A DNA stretch of 64,000 nucleotides from Bugula neritina (GCA_964035545.1 OZ037766.1:10654722-10718721); one strand, 5' to 3'; counted from the first letter of the stretch, positions 14,101 to 27,800 are shown. Notes: a model not told the origin generated them from the letters alone. Program-made: numbers and translations.

Positions 14101-17100
14101 AATTTTCAAATCAGAATAAGAAAACTCTGGTACCAATCCTATTGCAGTCTGTATGAAACTACAATGTATGTGTTGCTATCTTGGAATAGAAAGTTCCCCA
14201 TATATATCTGTGACAATAATTGTTATCAATATAAATGTTATTTAGTTTTAACATAAGTTGTTGAATCTATATTAACATTCACATCAGTTTTGGTGAAAGA
14301 GTATAATGTAAAATAGTATTATTTCCATACAGCCTTATTTGGTGGAATGGTTTCAAGCCTAGCCATAATGACAGTCACTTACACGATCTGTACACCATTA
14401 TCTGATACAGCGTATATTCTTTGTCTAAATTATTTTCTGCACAAAAATAATATAATGACAAAACACACAAATATAATCACAAGACTTAATGATTTTTAGA
14501 AAATGTGAGGCAGCCACTCCACGCTGTCTTGGATCTGTGTCACACTCAGGCTATCACCTATCAGATTATGCAACTCCTAAAAATCATGGTGGAAGCAGAC
14601 GGTAATGCTGTGGAACATCTTCATGAATATCGTCCTAATATGCCCGGTCGCTCTGAACAGGATATTATATATCATATATACAGGTAAGTGTTTTTATCTT
14701 GCTAGTAAGTAATTATATGTTCGTGTAGATCCATGTAGTAGTTATATAGTAGGTATGTAATTTCAAATAAGGAAGTTAGTTTATAAATATAACAGAGCTC
14801 ACGTAATTAAAACAACCTGGTAGGTAGATTCATGATGTTAACAACAACAATTTTACACAACGCATAATTCAAGTGTTGCAGTTTAAAGTTTTGTCAAAAC
14901 ATTCATACATACTACTAGAGCTAGTGGAAGGCTAGCATATAATTTTCAACAATATAATAATACTTGACCATATATGCATATGCTAATTGTTAGTTCACTA
15001 CTATTTGCGTTTAACAAAATAACGTAAATAATAATATTACTTATATTATTTTGTTAAACACAAGTAGTAGTGAATTAATATTATTAGTTGTTGGTTGTCT
15101 GCTCTTGCATATAGTTCATATTTCCTACCAGACTGTTATATTTAGCAAGCGTTTATTGTTTGTAATGTACTGTTTTGGTGAACACAGGATGGAAAAGGGC
15201 CCGGTACAGAATGAAGGCAAAGATTTGGTTCGGTCGCTGGTGAAACTTGGTTACACACCAACACGTGGCGAACTGTCTACAATGAGCCATTCTAATGACG
15301 ACTATGACTATTTATATTCCTATATCAAACATGGCCCATCTCCGCTCAAAGATCTCTGTGTTCGAGCACTGAGAAAGACATTCTGCTCCAATGTGGTATA
15401 TGCAGTCAATAAACTTCCATCAATTCCAGAAAAAGAGAAATTACAGGTTAGCAGGAACTATGGATATTATATATTATATACTATATATTATATACTACCA
15501 CACCAGCTGTGATGACAAAATCTACTACATAAACTCATAGTTTCATATATACAGCATATTGAGTTTCAATTGATGGGTGCAGAGGTTTAGATATTTATAC
15601 CTATTCTATACACTGTGTATAGTATATATTATAATATATATACTATATACTATATATACTATACTCATGCAAATTTATAATCACCATCCCTGTGAGATTT
15701 GCATGAGTATAGTATATATAGTATATAGTATATATTATAATATATATACTATATACTATATATACTATACTCATGCAAATTTATAATCACCATCCCTGTG
15801 AGAAACCTCTGATGAAAAGGGTTTTTATTAAATCGGGCTAAGGACTTATTCATATGGGGCACAGGAGCAATTATGACTGGATGCTCTTCCTAACATCACC
15901 AATGGCCTTTGTCGGGGTTCGAACCCATGGCTTTGCTAAGCAAATGCTCTAACCCCTAGACCACGGCTTCTCCCTATATGTATACTATACATTGTATAAT
16001 ACTATATATACTATGGATACTATATATAGTGTATACTATATATGCTATATAAAACTTGTGCAAGTTTATAGTCACTAGCCCTGTGAGAACCCCTGATGGA
16101 AAAGTTTTTTTTAGAGGGGCTATTCATATGTAACATATTAGCAATTATGACTGGAAGCTCTTTCTAACATCACTCACACCACTGACCTCAAATTCAGTAG
16201 GCCAACGTTCTAACTACTATATACTGCACACTATTTAATATACTATATACCGTATATACTATATAGTATATGTTATACATTATATAGTTTATACCATCTA
16301 GTGTACATACTATATTTACTATAATTTATCATATACCATTGTCCTATGGCAGCCACCAGAAAACTGCAATTTCTCTGCCCGAAACAGTATATCATAAATT
16401 CTATTCATTAGCAGATTACATCTCCCTATTCATAAATACTAACATCCTTCTTGTTACTGCCAGTGAACAGTAATTGTGTTCTCTTCATAAGCATAGGTAA
16501 TTGAAATGTCCCCGCTATTATAGTGATAATTGCTGTAGAATTTTATATGCAAAAGTGCTTGTAAAGCAACGAACTAATAAAAAAGTCAACCAAATTTATA
16601 CTGTGAACATATTTCAGAGTTGTTGAATTAGTCTGAGGTACTTGAAGACAAGTAAATTGCTTGAAGATTAAATAGCTATAAATAATTCTAACAAGATAGC
16701 ATGACACACAAAAACTGAATTAATTTGTTATTTTTGTTGTAAACAACTTAAGATATGTTGGTGGTCAGCGAGAACAATATTTCTGCAATTGATAATTCTC
16801 TTATATGATTTTTATAGATTCTACTTAAGAAGCCCGAACCACCAGAGAATGACTACGAGAATTATCCAGTCGTCAAGAGACAGAAAGAGACGCCCAAATC
16901 TCGACCTAAATCACTTAAGAATTTAGTCACCGGTTTTGCTCGATTAACTCGAAAGTTTAGTAAAAAGAGTGCTCATGGTGACAGCGGTACAAGTGGGCCG
17001 CAGTTTTCTCTTCCGGTTAGCAAGGGATCAATGAAAGTCAAAGCTCAAACCTTACCAACTGAGAAACCTCCGATTAAACCAAAACCTAAATATGTAAAGA

Positions 17101-17474
17101 GAGAAACGCTAAAATCATCATCGTCAGCAGTGGTTGCCGATTTAGTACGCCGATATAGTAAAGATGACATTAGCGAGGCGGGTTACGCTTCAGGCAACAC
17201 AGGAAGTTCTGATAATCTTGCATACGAATCTGAAAATGATGATATTATTTGTAACTCTCACAGCTCAGAGGAAAAATTGTCGGTAGATCAATACAACAAT
17301 TTGGCGGATGCAGAGCCAATAGCACAATTCTACGATGAACCTTCAATGACAGATTACAAAACAATAGGTGACAAGGGGCAGTTAACTCCTATGAGTGAGT
17401 TACAATCTGCTGTGCCGTCACTAACAGTGTTTAGAGCCAGCATTCAATTGGACTATGACAATGATCATTTATAG
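8151..17474 (+). CDS. Ankyrin repeat and SOCS box-containing (ASB-like) protein, ~781 aa, 7 coding exons; N-terminus may extend further upstream
   Basis: GT-AG exons 8151-8836, 10312-10505, 12662-12808, 13748-13966, 14500-14683, 15188-15446 and 16818-17474 join in frame (2346 nt, 782 codons including TAG). Ankyrin repeats: SLLHRAVDAGHVKLVKKCIQSG, SALHCAARADQNSAQITKLLLETGIDPN, GETAIFSAIIHKNMETVTILIDHGCDIN, QPLHAVL. SOCS box: PSPLKDLCVRALRKTF...VNKLPSIPEKEKLQILL. The first exon has an acceptor at 8114-8115 and is open upstream of the ATG, so an earlier coding exon is possible. Confidence 0.85.
10183..10311 (+). repeat. ~68-bp tandem duplication covering a splice acceptor
   Basis: Two copies of TAGTA(A/G)TA(G/A)TATATT(T/C)AATGTATTGTGGT..AGGGGTACA(G/A)TATGTAATACAATGTTGTA(A/G). 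Confidence 0.85.
15618..15803. repeat. Direct duplication of ~80 bp with an intervening inverted segment (central ~84-bp near-perfect palindrome)
   Basis: About 15618-15697 is repeated at about 15724-15803; 15697-15780 reads ATTTGCATGAGTATAGTATAT...ATATACTATACTCATGCAAAT. Confidence 0.9.
15773..15974 (-). mobile_element. tRNA-derived SINE, same family as 42889-43096
   Basis: The reverse complement aligns along the whole 42.9 kb copy (GCCGTGGTCTAGGGGTTAGAG...GGGTTCGAACCCC...GATGTTAGGAAGAGCATCCAGTCATAATTGCTCCTGTGCCCCATATGAATAAGTCCTTAG). Confidence 0.85.
16056..16217 (-). mobile_element. Degenerate second copy of the same SINE, in tandem
   Basis: Shares CTGTGAGAACCCCTGATGGAAAAG, TATTCATATG and GCAATTATGACTGGAAGCTCTTTCTAACATCA with the neighbouring copy; the tRNA head is decayed. 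Confidence 0.7.
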
Positions 17475-18754
17475 TAGCGAAACTAGCATAGGTGAAATAG
17501 TCTGCAATATTGCTCAATGTGTCATTTTCAAGTATATTATAGAATAGTTAATCAGCATTCATATGAAATTTATTTAGTTTTTTACTAACACCATTCAGTT
17601 AGCTGATATGCCATTAAACTAAAAAAGGAATTTCCTGGCTAAACTGATAGAAATAATTGTTTTGTAAATTATCTTGTTTATTTGTGATTATTCGATTACT
17701 TGCATTTCAATGAGAATGAACAATACTTTGATAGACTTGGTATATAGTTGAGAAATTTTGAGAGTATATTAGATATTTTATCTCTGCATATTTCGTGATG
17801 CATCAAATCTTGTATTGTTAGTATAGTATTCAATTGAAACTTGAAATTTCTCACAATAATTGAAAACTTGTACAGTTATTTTGATTGCTAAACAGCTACT
17901 ACGGTGCGTATAATTTATTTTCTATCAACTTACTTTATATAATTATCATTCAATAACTTAAAATTTGTGAACATGTTTTGTTTGTAGCACCAATAAGTTT
18001 ACTGTATTTGATGCTCATTTTGCATTTTCCTATTTATCATATTTATGAAGTGATACCTAAACATTGTCAGTTTGCATCTTATCAAATGCTTTATTTCAGA
18101 ATATTTTTGAAATGTTGCACAAGTTTATAATTGCTTGCTAAATTGATAATCCAGCAGTTGCAGAACTATAATTCAACTTCACCTACTTATTATAGTGCAA
18201 GTATAAGTATAGTGCAGCTTTGGTTATTGCTGTTGCTATCTCTTATTCAAGGAAAGACAACTTCTTATATTAGATTCAAGCTATCATAATAACTAACTTA
18301 TGTTAGTAAATTGTGTGGTGGCAGTTTCAATCCTGAGAAAAAAATACTTGATAAAAACTGATCGCAGATAGTTTGGCAAAACATATCTAGTGAGTTTGAG
18401 AATTAAAAGAATCCTAATTTATAAGGCTGCATAAATTTATTGTAATGGAAAATCTGAAATAGCATATATATAATATAATTTGAGTAAAGAAAATTTTATA
18501 AAAATCATGTTGATTTGCATTGCTTAATAAAAGAATGATATGTAGCACAAAAATAGAAATCAAGTAAAAATATGCTGACGATAATTAAAATATTTTGTTT
18601 TGCATTGATAAGTAAAATCCTTGACCCTGTGGTACGATATCACAAATACAATGTATAAAAAGTAATTGGCATATATAAAGTGGACCAACAAAAGATTTGT
18701 TAATGCATGACACCGGTTAGTCGATCACATGATGATCACATGTGATCACATGAC

Positions 18755-21700
18755 TTACAACCGAGTTATTTCGCGTTCACTTTTTGTGCTACCCGTTTCC
18801 TTTTCATCTGCTATAACAATGGAATCATCGGCATGACCAAAGTAGGCCGGGTTGCGGATAGAATAGCTTGCTGACTCCGAGTCAGCGGAAGAACTCATGT
18901 CATCCACCTGATCTTGCTGACTTCTAGCAAACTGAATGAATACCTAAAGTAAACCCAATAAAGTTTACAGTAAAGATATTATTTTTGTTTTAGATAAAAT
19001 CATTAATTCTATTTACTGAAAGAGCTTTATCCAAAAAGCTGCAGTGACTTCTAACTAGTAACTCATTTACATAGTAATTTTGTTTACAAGAATGTTTCGT
19101 TTCATTTAAAGATTTTTTTCGAATTGTGATAATCCATTTGATAAAGCTTACAAATAGTTTTCCAATTATAGTGTATAGAAATTATTTTTATTGTGCGATA
19201 AAGTGCTCATAATGTTTTATTACTTTCAACTAGTCAATCACCTACCAATATATTATCGTATTATTAACTTTTTCGAAAAATCATAGAATAGCGAAATTTA
19301 AGAAGTCTACGAAATTGCTATACAATTCAAGACCAACAGTATAGAACATAGATGTATCTGTTATTTCTCAGTATTATGGAACTATAGATTAAAACTAAAC
19401 ACATATGATACTATTTTATGATAATAGTTTTGTGACCAGCAACACAGTTTCAACATTTAATGTTGTAATTGTAATCAAGTAAATTTTACTTGATTACAAT
19501 AAAGGTTGTGTTGTTGCGGCTATGAACATTGGGAAGGTGTAAATATTATGTCACTGCGACGACTCGAGGTATGTGGATTTACCTGATCTAGAGTAGTCTG
19601 GAAGACTGAATATTCTTCAATGTATAGATTATGTCTCTCCTTCTCAATAATGCTAAAGAGAGAGGCAAGGGTGTGACCACCCGCATATGGAATGGCAAAT
19701 TCTGTGGTATTCAGGTGCTGGTCCTACAAATGCAAAGTAAGACAATTCCAAAATGTTCTACTATAGATGAAATGCGTGTTAAACAATATTCACAAAACCA
19801 CCAGCTATTGGCCACCCCTTTTATAGTGAAAATAGTAATTAGTGTAGTAGGCTATATTACAAACTGATTGTGCTTACAAATACAATGTGATGCATTACAC
19901 TATATTATAATGTGTGTGAAATATGTAATAGTATACCTTGACGACAGCTTGTGGCCATTTAGATTGCACAAAGGCAACCATTTTGTTAGTATGTGGCGGA
20001 GGCCCGGACACTTTAACCTTCAGGGTGTATCCAAGACCAAACTTATTCTTCAAGTGTTGGGAGGAGCCGAGGCAAGCAAGCTTACCATTCAACATGATTG
20101 CCATTCTTGTACACAGAGCTTCACACTCAGCCATGCTAAACAGTGACCATAAAACAACTCAATGATAAGCAGGGTATTATATAAACAGTATATGAGAACT
20201 TGCGCAGCCAGCAATTAGTAAAATCTCAAATGAATGAATGCGTTGCATTCTTTTAAAAGTTTTAGCCAGCAGCTATAACTACTGTGTTAATTACTGACTT
20301 ATAAATAATGTTATAAGTAATATATATGGTCAGATACTAAAATATGAATTTTTCACGTTCTAACTTTTCAATTTCATTTAAAATTTAAAGATGGATGCTG
20401 TGGTATCCAAGATATAAGTTTATCCTATTTATATAAATAAATTAGTAAATAGAAATGTTCCTCATTAATTTATTTTAAATGAATTTACAAGCCTGTAAGA
20501 TTATATTTATAATATGAACATTGTTTGAGCATTTGCATGCCTTGATGTACTTATGAAAAGTTGATGCATATCCTTTGTAGGTGGCATGATAAACATATCC
20601 CAACACCATCATAAAGTTACGCAGCACTGACCAGTGAAGTAATGAAAAATGGTTTGATAAACACTTGAGCATATCTCTGTACCTGTGAGAGGTGAGGACA
20701 ATGGCACAACCTCTGGCAGCTGCTGCCAATATCTGGTTCCAGGCGATTCTCCTAGCAACGGGATCCATTCCAGCAGTTGGCTCATCGAGGAAGACAAGAT
20801 CTGGGTTACCCATAAGAGACACGGCTACACACAGATTTCTCTTCATTCCACCAGACATGGCTTTCACTTGCTTATTGATATAACTCTCCATTCCAAACGC
20901 CTTCACTATACTCTTTATAACCTGACAGTGAATAATCATTATAGTTACTTAAATATAGTCAACCAACACATTTTTAACATAGATTTGAGCTCTTGGAAAA
21001 GAAACTTAAAATTTCTTTTTCATAATATCTTATATTTATATAATTTGAACAAATTGGTGATGCAGAAAGCATAATGAATGTTAACTAATATTAAATTTGT
21101 AAGGTTACATTGAAACCGTTTTGCTTATTCAGCTTTAAAGATATTCAAAAGGCAAAATTAAATTTTGGAATCTTATTTTTGATATATTTGTTAGTGACCT
21201 AAATGATGCTCATTCCATATATGGGTCAAGTGAGCATGCAGCACGACTAGATATCTAGTAAATACCTCATTAGTATTAGAAATTCCCTTGAGCTGAGCAT
21301 AGACACCGAGAACTTGTCGAGCTGTGAGCAGATTATCAAGAGAGTTGATCTGTGGACAGTAACCGATGAGACGTCTGCTACTCGATGACGTTATGTTGCT
21401 ACCATTAAGAGTGGCAAATCCTTCAGATGCAAGTATCTCTCCAGTCAGCATTTTGAAAGTTGATGTTTTTCCGGCTCCATTAACTCCACACAAACCAAAC
21501 ACCTGCATGACAAGTATCAGTATATGATGCGTTGCTAATTGTTCACACTTTATTACATCTTAAGATCGATCATCACAAGTAAAATATTACTCAAACTAAT
21601 GAATACATGTATTAGAAATGTTGAGATACATATTATGTAGTTATATATTCATTTACCTCTCCAGGCTGTATGCCAAAAGTTAAATCTTTAACGGCCAGAA

Positions 21701-21849
21701 TATGTCTGAAGTTGTTGAGTCTGTATTGTTTACTAAGTCCCTTGACAATCAGAGTATCTCTTTGTTGGTGAGAGTTCTGGAGAATACGTTCCTTCTCCCT
21801 TATGACATCATCATCTAGATCATCTTCACCCTTCTTCTTGGAAGATATT
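18755..21849 (-). CDS. ABCA: ABCA exons: NBD2, regulatory domain 2 and C-terminal tail
   Basis: Exons 21657-21849, 21266-21502 (Walker A GVNGAGKT; GYCPQ), 20683-20921 (signature MSGGMKR; Walker B VFLDEPT; TSH), 19937-20135 ([11 protein letters not shown]), 19583-19723 ([12 protein letters not shown]) and 18755-18943 (VFIQFA...ITRL*). Confidence 0.95.
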
Positions 21850-24800
21850 CTGAATAACAACCAAGTCTCAAGTTTAAACACACCAAGTGATAACCTAACA
21901 CTGTGTGTACTGGTTTCGAAAGTTTGTCAAATCTTTAATTTTGTAATATATTGCTTTTCCTATTAACTGCTGCATTTCCAACATTCAATGAATCGAATCA
22001 TAAAACAATATTATGTATAATTATTGAATAGGCTCTTCCTTAGAAAGCCAAAGATTACAACTTTTTACATGCTAGTCTAGTCTGAGAAAAGATATACAAA
22101 ATGAAAATAAAATGCATGCGGCAGGTGTGTTGAAATAGGTTTGCTTTCACTTTTTTACAATGTAGATCATCAAACTGCAAAAACTTTAAACAAGATTCAA
22201 AATAAACACAAGTAAACAAGATCAACAAGTTGTACCTGTCATCACAGTTGGTGGTCTTCAGTTCTACCAACAATGTGATTATGAAGAACACGAAGCCTTG
22301 GATAACCAGAGAAATGATATTCCAGTATATTCCATTTCTTTTGTTGAATGGGTGATAGAACTGAGCAATTCCTGCGTCAAACTGGGATAGAATGTCTATA
22401 CGCACTTGATTAACACTCATCTGCATCAATGCAGACGTGAAACTGTATTGTGGGAAGATCAGGAACAGTTTCTACAAATCACCAAAAGCAGAGTACAAGA
22501 ACTATAATATACTGTGTGTATAAATATTACGAGTCGAAATCAAATGCTTAAAAAAACACTTTTGATGCATGCAAACCCATTGAAGAGCAGTAGTGGGGAA
22601 ATAGAGATAGCTCAAGTTCTCTAATTTTATTATTAAATTTTGGTTTGAGGCGCGGGTTGAAATTCTTGAGAGAACATAATTTCTTTTGCTACATTTTTAA
22701 TCTAGAATACAGGGTTTTCTCAATTTCTCCATCACTGCAACTACCTCTGCAAACCATGACACTTCATTCAACACTAAAGGATTATTATTTGCTAGAAGTT
22801 GTAGCACTATTAAGTGAGTAGCAGACGCACATCTTGTAAAATACTTGAAGATATCATGACACTAACCTGCATTATCAAATACACCGGTTTTATATTTGGT
22901 ACAAACTGGAAGAAGGTCAACAGGAAGGTGATGGTGGACAGGGATATACCGAGGAACATGTTGACCATGAGGAGAGTAAAGAAGGCTGTAGTGGTGTTAC
23001 TGAATGCCTTCAGTGTCATGTACATGAATGGAAGCACCGCCCAGCTGTAAACATAATCATACTTATTATCTAATTGTAAAGAAACCTTTAATAGGGAACC
23101 AATCCAACAAAAATATGCTAGATTTTAAAATTTTATATCACAGTATCTAAATGGTAACCAGCTTTGATGTTGATATATAGCCAACCCTTAACAGTGAAAA
23201 ATCTTCCTAATATGCATACTCAGTGTAAATAACAAAATGTAGCACAAACTTTACAACATACTACTATTGTGCCAAGCAAAGCAAGGATAGTTAAAAAAAG
23301 GTAAACAAGAAGTAGAATATTATATTTAAAATAATATATTTGTAACTTCCATAAAACTATACCGCTAACTTACGCATAAGTGACAAACAGACAGATGGTG
23401 GCTCCAATATTACCATTGACCCAAAGAGATCGCACATCAAAGGCGTAAATCAGCGGTATGATTACCAGAACGGGCAGCAGGAACATCATCATATCCCAGA
23501 AGAAGGCAGTAAACCAGTATTTGATTGGTCCAACACCGGATACATATTGTAGATGCTTCTCTCCTTTTACATGTTCCATAACCAAGTATACACACAGACC
23601 TGCGTAAATAAAACTTACAAATTACAATTGTTTTCTTATATAATATAAATAAATAGAACACAACAATTCAACGAATGAAAACCGACTAGATAACTATGCA
23701 TGCAGCTAAGTATCTAATAAAGACACAAAAATATAATGTATCAAAGAGATGATTCTATTGGGCTAGTGCAAGTACTCGATGTACAAACGGTAGATGTCAA
23801 TGTTTCAGTTGTTAGATGAACAATCACAATACCTGCGGGTATAAGACTGAAGGCGGCAAGGAAAGTCAATGAAACTCCCAAGTCAGCTGTTTTCTCCAAA
23901 GCATTTTTGACACTGAGTTGACCTTGAGAAAGGACTAATGGATGATTGAATACAGTTATGCCATACTTGGAGGAGGCAGCGGAACCTTCATTAGCCGTGA
24001 CAGCAGCTCGTAGTATCATGTTAGACAGGGCATTCAAGTACGACGGAGAAGAGTGGAAAGCTCGGTTGTCAAACCAAACCTTGGCGGTGGTCTTCTGGTC
24101 CTCAGAAAGTTCGAATGTCCATCCACCATATCTAGTACGAATCAGTACAATGAGACACCATAGCAACATGAGTTAAGATTAAAGCATGCTCCGGACATAT
24201 AATTTTGGATATTAAAATATTCATATTTGTTTTGGAAAAAGTTACTGGTAAAAACACGCCTTTTTCTAATCAACATATTGAGTAAACTATTAGTAAAACT
24301 GTATTAAGACATATTTATAGCAGTATCAGCACCTGTCAACTTTATGTTTAATCTATATCTCCAAAGGTAAGCTGAAACAATGGCAATAGGTTATGAGTTA
24401 GGACAAAAGTAAAAAATATATAAGATAGTAATTGTTTATTCTAAAACTACAATACAATAATATAATGCCATACTATAACAATAAAGCATCATGTATAACA
24501 CAAAATCAAATAAAATGCATGTAAAACATTATAGATTTAAGAGCCAAACTAATCAAAGAAAAAAGTGTATCATCCACAAAATATGATGAAGCACGCAGTT
24601 GTAAAAAATTTTAAGTTTTACGTATGTATACAGTACATACCTGTTGGTCTTGTAGAAGGGGTGCGTACTGAGTAGATAGTCCTGTATGTCGTAATCTTCT
24701 CTGACATGTAGCAATATATCACTGGTGTTAGTGAGGTGGGAGTCTAGCACTGGGTTGTTTCCTTCGCAGGTAAAGTAACTCTTAGAGGGGCAAGTACACA

Positions 24801-27800
24801 CTGGCAGAGAGTCTGGCTTAGCTGGTCGCGTACTCAAATCACGCTCTATGTCTTCACAACTGAACTGTTTGTCCTTCACACTACAATGGAGTTGTTGATT
24901 TGCTTGTTAATACAAAAATATATTCCATTTTTAAATGCCTGTTTAAAAAGTTGAAAAATACTGTAATCAATACCAACAAACCAAGCAGCTTATATTATAA
25001 ATATGTTCGTATAAACACAGCTAGCTTGCTATAACATATATTTTTTGATTCTCATCTAAAAGTTGTTTTGAATATTGAAATGTGTCCAAAACAGTTTGAA
25101 TACAAAATTAGGCAATTTATCATGCTAAAACTATTACAACTTTCTTTAGCCATCCCATAGCATCACAGTAAACTCATGCAATTGACAAATCACAAGCATT
25201 GTAACATCAAACCAATAAACATGCTGCTTACCCATTGTCCATGCACACAGTACCAACTCCAGGATAGTTAAACAATGTAGATGTAAACTCGTGCGCTCTA
25301 CTGTTGTATCTCTCATCCTCAAGACTACAATACGTTTTATGATAGTTATGAAAACCGTTCAATGCAACAACGTTTCACTTACTTATACAAAATGCAAAAT
25401 GTAGTACAGTTATACAGTTTATACAAAGCACTATAAACTAGTAATACTCTGTTCAAATAGGACTTTATCTGGTAAAGTTAGTGTTGCCCTACATGCCTGG
25501 CACCTAGTACCTAGTAACCCAGCTATTTTAAACTGACAAGATGTTCATATACTGTAATGAATACTACATATATAATTTCTCAAATGTAATTCTACACGGC
25601 CAATATTAGTTTTGTGAGTTGCTTTTTCAAATACTGTCAGGTCAGTAGAAAACGATGATTAATAATAATTATTTTCTAAAACACAAGTTGAGATACAACT
25701 CCGTAGCAATGCTATTACAGTTTAAGCAATTATTATAAATATATAAATTTTGTAGCTTTATTTATGTAATCTATTCTCCAATTATATGTAAACATAATTG
25801 CAAGAAGTAGAAATAGTGACCCATAAATTTGGCAAAATATTCATGAGAGGACAATTCCTATATTGTGTGTAAATCACAAGAAAAGCTATAATAAAATATT
25901 TAGCTGTATGCAGTAGTGAACATACTGTAAAAATTCTATTTGCCATATAGCATAGCAGCACAGAAGGAGAACTATATATATATGAATGGTGCTTTACCTG
26001 AAGAAAGAGTAGGTGTTAGGATAGAGTGAGGGCTGTAACTCCAGGTTGGGCTGGTTGGAGCGGTCCGGTACTAATGTGGTCACGCCAAGAGCAAGGATTA
26101 CAAACAAGATAGGAAGAATGATCAGGGCTATGTATGACTTGTAGTCCTTAAAAGTGTGGATGAATCTCTTTCTGCAAAAGGTATAGCCACATCACAGCAC
26201 AATACATGAGATGTGCGAGTAAAACAGATTATATATATGAACGTTAGTGTGAGAAACAGCGGCAGTACACTATAGTAATAAAGGCATTGCTTTACATATG
26301 AGAGAAAAAAATTCAAAGATGAAAAAACAAAACAAGATAAGAATGAGTATAACATATAAGACGCAAATGTTTGATAGTACAAGCATAAATAACAGTAATA
26401 GATAGAATTTACACTCAGATATAAAGTTATGGCTAAAAAGTGGAATATTAGTTTATCATACAAAGTTGTATTCAAGTATTTTAAAAATTGTTATGGATAT
26501 GATTCTAAATCTTCAAAAAACATTTTCAATTTCAATGGTTACAACACAAATACGCCAGGAAACTTAGGTTGGAAAACTGCGCCATTTCCTGACCTGAAAA
26601 GGGCTCCAAGCATGGTTAGACAGCTGGAGCTGCCAGATTCACCAAAGTCTTCCTGGAGGTTGTCTTGTGAGGTGGCAGCAGAGAGAGCTCTGACGTCAGC
26701 AGCGTTGCTTTCAGTAATTTTCTCAAATACCTACAGAGATCGTAATATAAGCTAACAGGTTTTGTCACAACTGCCATAGTTAAAGTAAACAACTAATGAA
26801 ATACTTTATGTAAAACTTTTGCACCCACTGGGATTCGAACCACAAACTTCTGGCTTGCAAGCAGACGCGCTAACCAATTACACCACAGGGGCTACTGGGT
26901 AATCACAACACTACATCCCACCCAGTTCACAAGACTTTCTTTTGCTATTTTGACATATTTCTTAATTTTATAATGAGTACAACAATTTAATAGTTCAACT
27001 ATTTTAACTATAAAGTTCTCTGATGAGTACTAAAAAAGTAACTCGTATCAACTTGATTTAAACTTAGCAGACACAAGTAAACTTTGCAAACCCATACTAA
27101 ACAGCACAGATTTGACCTACTTATATACAAGTCGGCCATAATAATATTATAATAAATAAAACTTGCACAATTTAGATGAAATACTGATACAATCCAGATG
27201 TAATTTGTACAGAGAGTGAAATAATCTCTTTTTGACCAACTCGAGTTATAAATAGTAATTGCTGACCTCATATAGAGTCGAGTCAGAAACTCCGAAACCA
27301 GACAAGCCAAGATCATCAACCTTATCACTCAATTGTTTGAAGAGCTGATCAAAACTTGGGAGATCAGCTGAAGGCAGCGTGTAGGTAATGCTGCTGCCAA
27401 TGTCTGTCATCAACATTGCGCCGGGACAATTCGTCTTTATTAGTGTGGTCAGTGTATTGATATCAAAATCTGTAAAACCAGATGTAAACTATTAAAAGAC
27501 TTTACACAAAGTTTGACATGTTAAAGCATATCATTTGTATTTTTGCTGCGTAAGCTATTCTAGTAGCAAGGCAGTAAGATTTTACACACCAGCATTTTCA
27601 GTGGTTGGTTTCTTCTCTAAAAAGAGTTGATATCCAGAAGCGTGTTGAGACTTGAGAGACATAGGCGATCCTTCCGCTCTCAGCTTTCCCTTATCTAATA
27701 TAGCCACTCTGTCACCTGTTATAGAGAAATACAACTCAAATGCTTTGGACACAATAATTGACTTACTAACCTATCGCTTGCATGGCTTAGGAAAAAAATT

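Noticed and set aside
26821-26892. Functional tRNA-Ala(TGC) gene
   Set aside because: Stem mismatches and an intronic location; better treated as a pseudogene or SINE head unless tRNAscan-SE scores it high.
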